A stretch of 64,000 nucleotides of DNA from Selaginella moellendorffii (GCF_000143415.4 NW_003314281.1:546833-610832); one strand, 5' to 3'; counted from the stretch's first letter, positions 50,266 to 62,001 are shown. Translations and numbers: made by a program. Notes: generated by a model from the sequence alone, not told the origin.

Positions 50266-50750
50266 GAGGACGCGTGCATGGAATATTGACTCTAGACTCT
50301 ATTACCTCCATGGGGATTGACTCTATTACCTCCATGCCAACTATTTAAGTTATAAAGCCACAATTGTTCTTATTTGATTCTAATCATAGGGGTTACTAAA
50401 TTCTAACAATGGAGCTATCAGGGCAGCTTCCTCATGCCTGCTGCTATAACACCATGTAAACGGTATATAAATGAGGATAGTCACAGCACTATGAGGCAAA
50501 ACTTATGAATGAATGAGATTGATATACTGAATTTGTCTCTGGTTGCATTAAAAGCAAGAAAGCTGCGGCCAAATGAGAATGCTTTCTCCTGATGAAAACC
50601 GCCGAGTTTTTCCTTTCTTCTTCTACTTCGATTGGCTGGAGCGTCACACTGGCAGCATTTAACTGGGAAGAAAAACTGAACTTGCAAGCTTGAATGCTCG
50701 TACATGCTCTTGTAGAAATTTGGGGACGATGGAGCAAATGCTAAGAACAG

Positions 50751-51425
50751 TCAGATGAAACAATAATGGAAGCTCGCAGCAGCCGCGGCGGCAGTGGCAG
50801 CGTTCATCACAGTGCTGGAGCTGGCGGCCGCTGAGGAAGAAGAGCTCGAATGCTGCACCACAAGTTGCTGCTGCTGCCGGTCATCTAGAAGCTGCTGCTG
50901 GTGATGCCGGGCCCCGAGATGATCGTTGCTGTGACCACCATTTCCAAAATCCTCGCCGCCACTACCATCAACGTTGGTGCTGCTCATCAGGTTGATCAGG
51001 CCGTGATGATCGATCACTCCTGGAACCTCTTGCTGCTGCTGCTGCTGCTGGTGACGAAGATGGTGATTGTGGTTGTGTTGCTGTTGCTGTTCTTGGGCCT
51101 GGAAGAAGCGGAGCTGCTCTCTCACCACCGCTAACTCTCGCCGCAGCTTGTCCAGCTGCTGCTCCAGCATGCAGATGATCCCCATGCAGCCGTGGACGGG
51201 GTCCTGCTCGCGAACGTCCGCCTCGAACATGAGCGATTGCATAGTCTCGTCTCGATCCTTGACCAACACCTGGTTGAGCAGCCGGAGCATATTGCTCACC
51301 CCAAACAGCTTCTTGCAGTTCATGAAGCGCTGGTTCTCGCTCGCTGGGAAATACTTTGCCAGCGGGCACGCAGGGCTGCATCGCCGCCGCTGGAACCGGC
51401 AGGCCGCGCAAGCTTGGACCTCCAT
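50751..51425 (-). CDS. LOB-domain (LBD) transcription factor with polyQ/H tail
   Basis: CAACRFQRRRCSPAC (CX2CX6CX3C), KLFGVSN, EADVREQDPVHGC, leucine zipper. Confidence 0.92.
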   Translation of the reverse strand: MEVQACAACRFQRRRCSPACPLAKYFPASENQRFMNCKKLFGVSNMLRLLNQVLVKDRDETMQSLMFEADVREQDPVHGCMGIICMLEQQLDKLRRELAVVREQLRFFQAQEQQQQHNHNHHLRHQQQQQQQEVPGVIDHHGLINLMSSTNVDGSGGEDFGNGGHSNDHLGARHHQQQLLDDRQQQQLVVQHSSSSSSAAASSSTVMNAATAAAAAASFHYCFI

Positions 51426-51650
51426 ACTCACAAAAAGGCGGAGCTGATCACGATTTGACCGGGCGAAGAACTCCCAAAACTACACAAACACACTTAAAGA
51501 CTTACAAGTGAGAAGGATTGATGTCTTTCTTTCCTCCGTGAGATCCGAGCGGCTACAAACAAGCCCAGGAGCTTCCCACCACCGAGTTTTCCTCAAAACC
51601 AAAACCACACCTTCTATCTTGGTACCCAACTTCCAGAAAAGAAACATGTA

Positions 51651-53510
51651 TTACTTTCCATGTATGAACAAGCTTCCGAACTGGTGGTACAACGTATTTG
51701 AAGCGTCCATCTCTCCGTACGTACCAGGTGACGGCAACGCGGCCTGCATCTCAACGAGCAGCTTCTTTGCTTTCGAAGAATGCCCGGCTTTGGCATATGC
51801 CCAAACCATGGCAGTATAGGCTACTGGGTTCTTAACAGGGATCTTCTCAAACGTTTCTTTGGCCAGTTTCAGCTTGCCACCTTTACCGTAGGCTGTTACC
51901 ATCGTGGTCAAGGTGAAAATGTCGTGGTGAAAAGGCATCGCGGCAAGTAGCCTTTCACATTCTCGAATATACCCGCATTGGGTATATGCAGCGAGCATGA
52001 TATTCCACGAGACGGGATCTTTCTTTTTTTGTACGGAAAAGATCTTTGCGGCCTTCTCGAGCCTCCTGCTGTGACCGTACGCATGGAGCAATGCGTTCCA
52101 AGTCACTGCACAAGCCTTGTGCTCCTCTCTGAGCCCATCAAAGATAATCTGGGCTTCAACAATCTGCCCAGCTCGTCCGTACGCGGCGATCAATGTGGTT
52201 TTCGTGAATTCATCGTCTTTCGCTGGCATGATCTCGAAAAACTCCAGAGCTTCTCTCAAAGTTCTTTGGTTGGCATATCCCGAGAAGATTACATTCCACG
52301 AAACTGAATCCCTTGCAGGCATTCTCGAGAAAAGCTTCTCTGCCTCTTCAAGTTTTCCGCCTTCCACAAAAGCTTGGATCATACAGTTCCACGAAACCAC
52401 ATTACGATTCGGCATTCGATCAAACAGATCCTTTGCAGCAGAGAAATTCCCCGTCCGCGCATAAGCGGCAACTAAAATCGTCCATGACACCACGTCCCGG
52501 TGGATCATCCTCTCAAACAAATCCCTGGCTTCTTTGAGATACCCGTTCTGAGCATAAGCAGAAAGCATCAAGTTCCACGATCCAGCATCTCTAAACTCCA
52601 TCCTATCAAACAGCTCTTTTGCTCGATCTACATCCCCTCTCTCGCCATAAGCTTGGATCATCACATTCCACGACACAGCATTACGGTCCGGCATCTTCTC
52701 AAACAGGCTCTTTGCTTCCTTCAAGTCTCCGGATTTCACATAAGCCGCGACCATTTGTGTCCACGACACCACATCTCGATCTGGCATAGCATCAAACAGC
52801 TTCCGAGATTCATCAAGATGCCCATTCTCGGCATACGCATGACACATAGCATTCCACGAAGAAGTGTTCTTCCGGGGAATCAGATCAAAAACTTTCTTTG
52901 CAAAACCAACCTTCCCATTACGAGAATACCCAACAAGCAATGCATTCCAGGTTACCACATTGCGTTGCGGCATTGTATCAAACACCGCTTTGGCCTCCTC
53001 CAAATGCCCTGTAATGGCATATGCTGTTAGCATCGTCGTCCACGCTATCACATCTTTGGTTGGCAGAGCATCAAACATGGACTTCACTTCATCAAGCTCG
53101 CCATAATCGACGTAAGCTTGCATCATTGTTGCAAAGGTGACGCTATCTTTGTCGGGAATCACAAGAAAAAGACTCCTCGCGTCTCGCAGATGCCCGTTAC
53201 GGGCATATGCCTGAAGCATTATATTCCACGAGAAGACATTCGGGTGCGCGATCGAATCGAAGGTTGCCACCGCCTCCTTGATGGATCCACACTTTCCATA
53301 CATCTCCACGATGAGATTCGCCAAGAATATGTTGTGCGAATGGCGGGAGGACGAGACAAGGGCGTGAATGCGTCTAGCCTGGGCCAAATCTCCCCTGGAC
53401 GATCGCACCAAGGATGCAAGATGCTCGATTGAGACCTCGTCCCTGCAATTCCGGGAGGAGGAGGAGGAGGAGGATGATACCAAGTTCCACCAAACAACAA
53501 GAACAACCAT
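51651..53510 (-). CDS. PLS/SS-type PPR protein
   Basis: 619 aa; MYGKCGS start motif followed by tandem ~31-aa repeats; no E/DYW recognised. Confidence 0.9.
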   Translation of the reverse strand: MVVLVVWWNLVSSSSSSSSRNCRDEVSIEHLASLVRSSRGDLAQARRIHALVSSSRHSHNIFLANLIVEMYGKCGSIKEAVATFDSIAHPNVFSWNIMLQAYARNGHLRDARSLFLVIPDKDSVTFATMMQAYVDYGELDEVKSMFDALPTKDVIAWTTMLTAYAITGHLEEAKAVFDTMPQRNVVTWNALLVGYSRNGKVGFAKKVFDLIPRKNTSSWNAMCHAYAENGHLDESRKLFDAMPDRDVVSWTQMVAAYVKSGDLKEAKSLFEKMPDRNAVSWNVMIQAYGERGDVDRAKELFDRMEFRDAGSWNLMLSAYAQNGYLKEARDLFERMIHRDVVSWTILVAAYARTGNFSAAKDLFDRMPNRNVVSWNCMIQAFVEGGKLEEAEKLFSRMPARDSVSWNVIFSGYANQRTLREALEFFEIMPAKDDEFTKTTLIAAYGRAGQIVEAQIIFDGLREEHKACAVTWNALLHAYGHSRRLEKAAKIFSVQKKKDPVSWNIMLAAYTQCGYIRECERLLAAMPFHHDIFTLTTMVTAYGKGGKLKLAKETFEKIPVKNPVAYTAMVWAYAKAGHSSKAKKLLVEMQAALPSPGTYGEMDASNTLYHQFGSLFIHGK

Positions 53511-53518
53511 AGTTCTTT

Positions 53519-54403
53519 CTACTCTTTGTTCTTGTCCTTGTTCTTCCAGATCACAGTCCCTGGCTCATCGTTCCGGAAAATCCTGCTCGACCCATCACTC
53601 CCGAGGATGAGCTGCGTCGGCCCAAGGCTCGAATTGCTCGTCCCGGACGCCCACTTCGCGCTGTGGCGCTCGTCGTAGATCACCAAGTTCATGTCCTCTT
53701 GGAGAACAAGGTAGCAGCCACTTTCAGCGAGGTAAGTGTCGCTCGCCCACAAAACCACGTTGGAATCGGTGTCGGTGAGCACGAGGTTGCAGTCGCTTTG
53801 CATCTGGAGGAGGAACTTGTGATTGGGCGATCGAAGCGAGCACTGCGAGTAGAGATGGTTCCACGGAGTGTGGCTCTGGAGGACGCTGCGGTAGCCAAAG
53901 CAGTAGTCGAGAGAATTGTTGTAGCTCATCGAGAGCTTGGTGCAATTGTCCGCTCCTCCCACGAGCCTGGAGCCTTGCATCGTGTAGCCGACCTGGAACT
54001 GGCCGAGGATCACCACTCCGGAGCCATAGCCGGAGCCTGCCGCGAGCTCGAGCACCTCTCTGGCGACCGGAGCGAACTTGTCGAGCAGGGAGCTTCCGGG
54101 AGCCGCGGGGACGGTGGCGACGAAGGAAGGATCGCACAGAGCCTCGTCGTAGAAGTGGAAGTTGACGAGGATGGCGTCATCGCTGCTCGAGTTCCTGGGG
54201 AGTACGGAGCCGTAGAAGGACTTACCTGCCTTGTAAGTCGAGTTGGGAAGAATTGTGGCCGAGATCTCCGAGAACTTGGCTCGCAGTGCGTCGCTGGAGG
54301 ATCTGTCGAGACGGCCTGGCTCGGAGAAGATTACCATCTTCCCGACAGCCGAAGTTCGCAGTAGATTTAGCAGCAAGATCCATTTGAGGAGTGGAAGCTC
54401 CAT
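53519..54403 (-). CDS. Secreted protein with C-terminal bulb-type (GNA-like) mannose-binding lectin domain
   Basis: Signal peptide; MQSDCNLVL..VLWASDT, LQEDMNLVIY..WASGT (QxDxNxVxY). Confidence 0.8.
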   Translation of the reverse strand: MELPLLKWILLLNLLRTSAVGKMVIFSEPGRLDRSSSDALRAKFSEISATILPNSTYKAGKSFYGSVLPRNSSSDDAILVNFHFYDEALCDPSFVATVPAAPGSSLLDKFAPVAREVLELAAGSGYGSGVVILGQFQVGYTMQGSRLVGGADNCTKLSMSYNNSLDYCFGYRSVLQSHTPWNHLYSQCSLRSPNHKFLLQMQSDCNLVLTDTDSNVVLWASDTYLAESGCYLVLQEDMNLVIYDERHSAKWASGTSNSSLGPTQLILGSDGSSRIFRNDEPGTVIWKNKDKNKE

Positions 54404-54593
54404 GCTGCGCTAAGTGAGGTGAGTGCGTTGTGGAATAAAAAGTACCTCATATAGTGATGAAGAGATAAGACAAAGGAGCAGAAGGATGAGAGTGTCTTCA
54501 AGCTAAACGCTGAAAACAGCAGACGGTGGAAACAACAACATAACAACATGGAGAAAGCAAATGGAAATTTGCAACTTAGCTCTGCTTTGGATC

Positions 54594-56292
54594 TTAGATG
54601 TGGATCTTCGCACCGCTGTGAGCCTGATGCTCCGCAAGCTTGTTCTGGCTCTGGCATATCAGGAAGCCACAAAGGACGCTGCTTCGAAAGACTTGCTCCT
54701 GGATTTTTTTCAGCTTCTCGTCACCAATGAGAGTCCTCACCCGTTTCAGAAATTCCTCGCGGGAGATCTTAGCATTCTACAAGAGGATAAATTCACTTTA
54801 GACTTGGCCGACAAGAAAACAGCGAACTACCTTGAGCTCCAAGTAATCCTGGACTACTATATTCATCTCCGACGAGGAAAGCTCGGGCTTGAGCACCGAG
54901 AACAGCATGGGCACCGTCACACTTGACTGCTAAACAAAGAAAATTGGACTACGTTACTCCTAAAGCATTAAGGAAAAAGAAATGAAAAAGAAAAACACCT
55001 TCGGTGGGATTACTTTCTCCTTGATCTCGGAAGAGTTGCTGCACTTGGCTGATGCCTCCATAATACCTGCGAGGGAAAGAAAATACAAGAGCCAAGGTGT
55101 AAAAGATGAAAGTGGGAAAAAAAGAGCTTCTACTAACCGTGCCACTTGCGTGGAAACTTGAAGCTGGCAACGTAGAGCGGCAGAATATGCGTGTTCATGC
55201 GTGTGCTCCACACAATGAAGCGTTTCGGATTCGCCAGATCGTCAACACCGGTGTCAACCAAATCACTGGATGGATGGAACTGCTTGCTCCCTGCTCGCAC
55301 AAGCTCAGCTTTGCCAAGAATCGCACGGCACAGCAAGACATGCTGCTCGCCATTTTCGTCAATATCCGCGCCTCTGCAACTGCACAAGAACGAAAGACAA
55401 TCACGTCTCGCCGCGTCGCAAAACAAAGCATAAGCACTTACCTCAGGCGAGAGAGACTCTCTGGACTAAGATATATCCCCACACCGTAGGTGGAGTCCAC
55501 CGACGGACGTCCAAAACCATGCTTGATGACACTCAGAAGCTCGTTTCGAGAACACCCGTACCAAGCCTGCTGCAAATTCGCATCCCCGCCTCGCACCTTG
55601 GCCGTGAGATCGCTGAGCGTCTCAAACGCTTCTCGGCGAGCCAGACCGCCAGGACAGTCGTAACGAACTTTGCACACCGAAGTAACATCGGCCACCGCCG
55701 AGAGTCGCCCGAGCCCCGCTAGAAACGCTGCTTTGACGTCGACGAGTTTTGGATCGCCAGCCTCGAGCTTCGCGAGCCTGCCACCGCTGGAAACCACGAG
55801 ATTGGCGAGCTTGCTGCGGCTAGAAGTCACGTCTTCCACTTCGCCACCCTCGTCTTCCACGGTGGAACAAGCCCCGGCCGTGTCGGTGGTAGAGATCGAG
55901 CTTCCTTGCCGTGCACTCAAGGAAGCCTTTCCACCGCCAAGGAGCTTCTCCACATCGTCGAGCGATCCAGGGCCCTCGAATGGCTGGATCGGGCTGGAAA
56001 ACTCTCCATCGCTGTCAAACCAACCGATCGAGTTCCTGTATCCAGTCCCGGTGTTTAGCTGGATCATATGCGCGAAGAACACCGCCAGATGACAGCTCGC
56101 AAAGAAAATCTCCGCGATTTCCCTGCCGCCGCGGTAGGCCTCGCACAGAGCAGCGCTAATTTCCACGGGGAAATCCTTCCAAATCCCTGCCGCGAAGAAT
56201 ACGAACCTGGAAGGCCTCCTTCCATCGATCAATCGCTGCCTCTTGCCCGCGGCTCCGCTACCTCCGCCATTGCCACTCCTTTTCTTGTCCAT
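54594..56292 (-). CDS. RCD1/SRO protein (WWE, PARP-like and RST domains), multi-exon
   Basis: PSRFVFFAAGIWKDFP (WWE); AWYG, YGVGIYLSP, LLCRAILGK, TGVDDLANPKRFIVWSTRMNTHILPLYVASFK; RST PMLFSVL..KISREEFLKRVRTLIGD; 3' end approximate. Confidence 0.85.
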
Positions 56293-56593
56293 TGCTTGCT
56301 TCAAATCCACCGATGGAGAGCACCGCTACACCAACAGTGGATCCAAGTAGCGATACAGAGCGGGGACAGTGCAGCCGTAATCGATCGCAGCACTGGAGCG
56401 AGGATCCATACCTCTGATCGATCCGCGGGGAGGAAGTCAAAAACCACCTAGGGTTCCTTCTCCCTAAAACGAAAACGATTTAAACCCCGGAGTTACTTCA
56501 AATAAAAGAAAAGGTCCCCCTTTTTTTCCATTCTTTCTTTCCCAAAAAACACAATGGCGGCGGCAAACGTTATAGACTATTTCCTCTTTTTTT

Positions 56594-57393
56594 TTAGTGG
56601 CTCTTGACATACTCTTGGATCACATTTAGCCCTTCAGTCTCCTCGCCATAGTCCTGGAGAACCAAAACTTTCGTAAGCAAAACCCCGGAGAATCCAAGAC
56701 TCTAGTTCTTCGGAGCAATCCTAGTTCTTCGATGAAAGAAGAGAGCAATCCAAGTGACACGAGACATACCCGGATCACCACGCAGGAGCAGCCGACGACC
56801 TTTCGAGCCTTGCCTTCGGAGTCGATCTTGCAAAGCTGCAAGATCAAAGCGAAAAGTTTGAGAGAACTTGGAGAAGGAAAAGGGAAGCTTACCCCGGCCC
56901 ATTCACCCAGCTTCTTGGCGCTGGGAACGGAGATCAAGTTGACGTCGTGCTCGGCGCACAAGGCCTGGACGAGCTTCGTGTAGTCGGCCTGGTTGCAGTC
57001 CTCGGCAAGGACGCAGAGCTGCGCAGCGTGCTTCTCGATCGACTTGGCGGCCTCGTGGAGACCCCGGGCGAGACCGTCGTGAGCGAGAGATTTCTTGAGC
57101 ACCAGTTGGAGTGCCGTCAAGATATCCATGGGCTCTCCAAGCACGGGAGTCGTCTTCTCGGCGGCAGCCTCACCTATGGGTTCGTCGCTACAGCATCACC
57201 AAAGAAAGAAAGATCAGACTCCCTTTGAATAGATCCACGAAGAAACACAAGAACTATGCAAAGTTTCGTCGTTGAGAAGCAGGAAGATCCACAAGATCAA
57301 CACAAGAACTATGCGAAGTTTCGAAGTTGAGATATCCACAATATCAATCAAAGAAACACAAAAACTATGCAAAAATACTTACGCGTCCGACAT
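56594..57393 (-). CDS. RPS12: 40S ribosomal protein S12 (eS12), multi-exon
   Basis: [54 protein letters not shown]. Confidence 0.96.
57231..57375. repeat. Three diverged ~50-bp tandem repeats in an RPS12 intron
   Basis: atccac...aacacaagaactatgc(a/g)aagtttcg..gttgaga starting at ~57231, ~57285 and ~57332. Confidence 0.75.
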
Positions 57394-57478
57394 CGTTGCT
57401 TTCGATCGATTACTTCCCCGCACGAATCACTGCGAGAACGAGAAGGGGCAAAAGTTAGAATTTCCCCTGCCGCAGCAA

Positions 57479-57610
57479 GCGTGTCGGGGGAGGCTTTATG
57501 GGCGCTGCGAGCTCTCGTAGCGCGCCCACCTAAAGATCCCCCACAGCCACAATCTATGTCCATATTTACAGCGGGAGCGCTCTCCAAGCGCGCCGCCAAG
57601 AATTAGGACA
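57479..57610 (-). ncRNA. Candidate intronic H/ACA-type snoRNA in the RPS12 5'UTR intron
   Basis: Two GC-rich hairpins; ACA box 14 nt after the upper stem of hairpin 2; H box imperfect. Confidence 0.5.
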
Positions 57611-59055
57611 CGCGCATTGCATCCTTACCTTGTCTCTCGCCCCGGACGAACTCGCCGCCGCCCGCCAAGAACCCTAAATTTCTAGGGTTTAACCTGGAAT
57701 CCAATGGACGGCGACGATATGAGCATGCTCTCGAATATTCTCCCTACTTAAAAAGCTCGATTCCCGCCGAGAAATAGTTATCTACTAGGTATCCCCCACT
57801 CTCTCTTGAATCTAGCCATAGCTACTAACCACCTGGAGGTTGGAGGTGTGAATCGCCTACCTAGGGGGCTCACCTTAGCTTTTTCCATTTTCTTCTTTGC
57901 CAAATGCGTCCTGTGCACAAACACTGGAAGCTTGGAATATTGGCTAGCTTTGGAAACGAAGAAAAGGACTGTAGGAGTATACGTCCACGTCAATCGGGCC
58001 AAAGTGGGAAGTTAGTGTCGCACGGCCTCATTCGGCACGTGGCCGATTCGGATTGAATCTGTACCCTAATTGCTCGCCACCTTCTTCCCAACTTATAAGC
58101 TCCGTGGATAGGCCGCTGTCTTGACGATCAAGTAAAAGTAATGTGACCCTTTTTGCCGCGCTGCCGGGGGGCGTAGAATATTCCGCGAATCGTTTCGTTC
58201 CGATGAGAGGCCTGTGTTGCGACCGTAGGATTGCCGCACACCCATGGAATAAATTGACTTGCATTGGCTTTTTTCTTTTCCAAGCTGGAAAGAACAATCG
58301 TGCTTCATTGGAACTTTTCCTTTTTTATCTCTCTTCTTATTACAATCTCCTTTAGGATAGGCTTTAGGTTTAGGGTTTCCCAATCCAGACACCATATATA
58401 TATATATATAGCATAACAAAATCAGCCCAAACAACCATGAACTAAGTCTCTCGCATGACAAAAATCCATGGCCCCAGCTCTATTTCTCAAGCATTCAAAA
58501 GTAAAAGTGAGCTCAAGTTTTAAGGGTCCCTTGTCTGACTCTTTACCAAACTAGAGAATATATGACAAGCATAGGGTTTATGTTTTCTTGGAGATTTATT
58601 TACTGTGATAGTAAGTTTTTAGTTTTACATCTTGGAGTTGAAACTTGAGTTTCTTATTTTTCTCAGTAGGCGTTGCTAACAGTGTCACTTTGGAAAGAAT
58701 CAACATTTTAACATGGAATGGTTAAGAGTGAGAAAAAGCAACTTTTTTTTGTGAATTTAACATTTTTTTTTTCTTTTTTTTTGAAGGCAGCGATAGAAAG
58801 GTAAGAAGCCTTTGCTCGCTCTTGATTCGTTATCCCGTATAATTCCACCTCCCTATAAATATTTCTCGGTCTTTTGCCTGGCTTCTTACCTCTCGATCGC
58901 GGCAATTGGTTTCGCTCTTTTGGCCACTTGTCTTGCAATTTGCAGTCGCTACCCCTTTGCCGAGCGATTGGCTTTCCGATTCGCCGCAAGCCGCAAATTT
59001 TAATCTTGGAGCAGCCAAGATGATCTGATCGACAAAATTGGAAGATTACTCGCCT

Positions 59056-59120
59056 CTGTCTCTCTGCTCGCTCCCTCTCTCTCTCTCTGCTCGCTCCCTC
59101 CCTCTCTCTCTCTCTCTCTC
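59056..59120. repeat. (CT)n-rich microsatellite; a similar tract lies at ~59590-59630
   Basis: Direct inspection. Confidence 0.8.
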
Positions 59121-59912
59121 TTATCGCATCCTCTCTTCCTCTCCTCTAAAGAACACAAGAAGAAAAAAGAGGAGGAGAAAGTGATTCTAGCCAGATAGTG
59201 CTGTTTGATTTCGGCTGCTTGCTCCATACTTTGCGACCGGGACGGAACAGCGCCACCACTTACGACGAAACGAACCGAAAGATATTTCCTCAGGTATAAC
59301 ATCATGCTGAGAGCAGCTCTTTCTTGAGTGGTGATCTCTTGTCCTGGAGAGCTTCTGATGTGAGCGAGAGACCCACACTATTTCTTCGAAGTGCCAGTGT
59401 TTGAATGTGTTTGTGACACTGAAAGTGATACGACGCCCCACGACAAAAGCGTCCATCCGTGGAACGAAAGATCGAAAGAGACGGCCGCCCCCCTCACGAT
59501 TTCTTCGATCCACAACTTGAAATCCATCTCTAGCTCGCCGAGAAGTTCCTCCCCGCTAATTGGATCGAGAGAGAAGAGATCATCTCAGAGCTCTCCTCTC
59601 TCGCTCGCTCGCTCGCTCTCTCTCTCTCTCCTCCGTGCCATACCTGTTTTCCATAATCCCCACCTTTTGTCAGCGTGCCCGGATCGATCGCCTCATGTTA
59701 CATGCAAGGCCTTCTTTCCTCTTCCCCGCGCTCTCTTTTTCTGTACAAAGTGGCTGATTGGTGGCAGTGAAATATTCCTTGCAGGAGGTGAGGGTACTCT
59801 CACACGCACAATCACGACACCCACACGCACGCTCCTTCGTCACCAAGCTTATATTCCATCCCACAAGTTGATTAACACGGTACCATAATCATCCTGCACC
59901 TCCTCCTTCCAT

Positions 59913-60581
59913 ATGCCAGTTTTTGATGACGACGAATCTCTCAGGCTCACGCTGTCTCCACCCAGCAGGACTAGAAGCCCCCGCGAGCTTGGAGCATCAT
60001 CTCTAACCCCAGCGCCGCCAGCTTCATCGTCACACTCCGCCGCCACCCCCGCCACCGCCACCGCCACCGCCACCGCCACCGCCACCATGCCTAAGTCGGA
60101 GAGAATCCCCGCTCCATTCCCGTGGGCCACCGAGTACCGCGCCCATGTCCACTCGCTCGACTACCTCTGGAGCTCGGCCATCACTCGCATCCGCGGCGAG
60201 GTGATCTGCAAGCGCTGCGACGGCTCCCAGATGGTGGACCTCGACGTCCGGGACGCCTTCATGCAGGTAAACAACTATTTCATCAGCTACCGCGACTCCA
60301 TGCACGACCGCGCTCCCAAGTGCTGGACTTCCCCCCGGCTGCTCGACTGCTCGCTGTGCCGCCAGTGCGACTGCGTCAAGCCCGTCATCGACGCCAAGAA
60401 GCGCAACATCAACTGGCTCTTCCTGCTGCTCACCCAGACGCTCGGCCTCTGCACGCTCGACCAGCTCAAGTACTTCTGCAAGCACACCCGCCGCCACCGC
60501 ACCGGGGCCAAGGACCGGGTTCTCTATCTCACGTACGTTGGCCTTCTCAAGCAGCTCAATCCCAACGGGCCTTACGACTGA
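59913..60581 (+). CDS. Plant DUF7086-type Cys/His-rich protein, intronless
   Basis: PFPWAT, GEVICKRC, DCSLC, INWLFLLL, CTLDQLKYFCKHT, HRTGAKDRVLYLTY; (GCCACC)n encodes an Ala-Thr run. Confidence 0.85.
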   Translation: MPVFDDDESLRLTLSPPSRTRSPRELGASSLTPAPPASSSHSAATPATATATATATATMPKSERIPAPFPWATEYRAHVHSLDYLWSSAITRIRGEVICKRCDGSQMVDLDVRDAFMQVNNYFISYRDSMHDRAPKCWTSPRLLDCSLCRQCDCVKPVIDAKKRNINWLFLLLTQTLGLCTLDQLKYFCKHTRRHRTGAKDRVLYLTYVGLLKQLNPNGPYD

Positions 60582-61048
60582 GCGAGCGAGCGAGCGAGCG
60601 AGCCTCCGGATCGACCTGTGCTCTTTATGCTGCGGTTGATCTTTGTTTTAACTGTTGTTTCCTCTGTTACTTACGATGCGTTTCCAAACTGAGACCGACC
60701 TTTGATCCTTGTTTCCAGTTATGTGTGACCACCCCATATAGCGTGAAAGTGAGATTTGCTGGTGTGAGATTTCCTGTACAAACATGCTTTAATTAAAATT
60801 TATATAATAGTAAGAGAAGACGAAAGCGAGAGAAAAAAAATTAAGAGAGAGAGAGTACCAAGTTTCGATGCGCTGCCGTTTTTCTGTCCAAGTCACAAAC
60901 TGACAAAGATAGTTAGATCAGCCAACAGAAATGTGGGCTGGGCTAGGACGCAAGTTTCACAAGGAAACCAAAAAAAAAAAAGGAGTGACATTTCTTGTTA
61001 AGCAACAAATATTAAAACATCTGCAGTGAAACTGGAGCTTTTGGGTAC

Positions 61049-62001
61049 CTATGAAGCACGATTACCCAGCGCAAGAAGAATTTTTTTCCTTGGTCCCTAC
61101 CAATCCAGGAAAAAGGATGAGATGTGTCTCAAAAGTGAAGAAAGAATCAGTGGGTGGGTTCTTACCATGGGAACATTCAGTTCCTTGAGATCTTCATCTT
61201 TCATATGCCTCAATGCTGTCATATCGACCTGCAAAACCCATCATTTAGCCCCGGAATTTCCAAAGTGGATTCTATCACTCACCTCTTCCGCTTGGAACGT
61301 TAGTAAGTACTTTTCCAATCCTAGAGACGTCAAAAACGAAGCAACACTTTCCAAGGCCTGCACAAAAAAGTGATGAGCGTCGAGCATGGATATGTGTGGC
61401 TTTGCTACTTACTGGCTGGATTTTCGGAGGTGGTGGATTGCTGCGCGGAATCACAGGCCTCGGCGGCGCCACTGACGCCGAGGCAGCGGTGCTACCGCGG
61501 ACAATGGTCGAGGGCAGCCTGTGACGAGGCTTCTCGGGTTGAGCCACTGGAGGTGGGATTGGTCCCGACAGCTTCTCACGTAGATCTTTCATGGGTGGAC
61601 CGCCTCCTCCTCCTCCTCCACTGGAGCTCCGCAAGGGATTCTTTCTCGTCAATCGCAAGCGAAGATCTTGAGTACCGCTCTGGCCTTCTACGAGACAATG
61701 CAGCAAACTGACGTATGGAGGGAGCCCAGGAAAAAATAAGAAACGAAACGACCATACCAAGTCCAGAGTCATCTCCATCTTCGTCGGCGTAGAGATCATG
61801 CTTCCACTTGCCATCCTCCTGCCTTTGCCTTCACAGAATCACGCTAGTTAAGCTCAACACCGAAAGCCCACGAAGAAAAAAAATCAACCTTTTGTTCACG
61901 CTCTGTCGTCCCACGGAAGCAATCCCGTCAGAAATCCCGTGCAATCGCTCGCGCACGGGCCTCTTCCGGCTGCCTGCTACGCCTATCTGATCGGAATACA
62001 T
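61049..62001 (-). CDS. SAM (sterile alpha motif) domain protein, multi-exon
   Basis: MYSDQ..RKRPVRERL; DLREKLSG; spliced C-terminus KYLLTFQAEEVDMTALRHMKDEDLKELNVPMGPRKKILLAL; an in-frame upstream ATG near 62197 is possible. Confidence 0.8.

Noticed and set aside
54548-54926. Plus-strand 121-aa ORF
   Set aside because: Antisense to the RST-domain exons of RCD1/SRO
57231-57375. CRISPR-like array
   Set aside because: Diverged tandem units without unique spacers, inside a eukaryotic intron; no cas genes
57778-59888. Short ORFs between RPS12 and the DUF7086 gene
   Set aside because: Low-complexity, microsatellite-derived translations; likely promoter or UTR
60030-60796. Overlapping 155-aa and 224-aa ORFs
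   Set aside because: Alternative-frame and antisense by-products of a high-GC3 CDS and a GCCACC repeat
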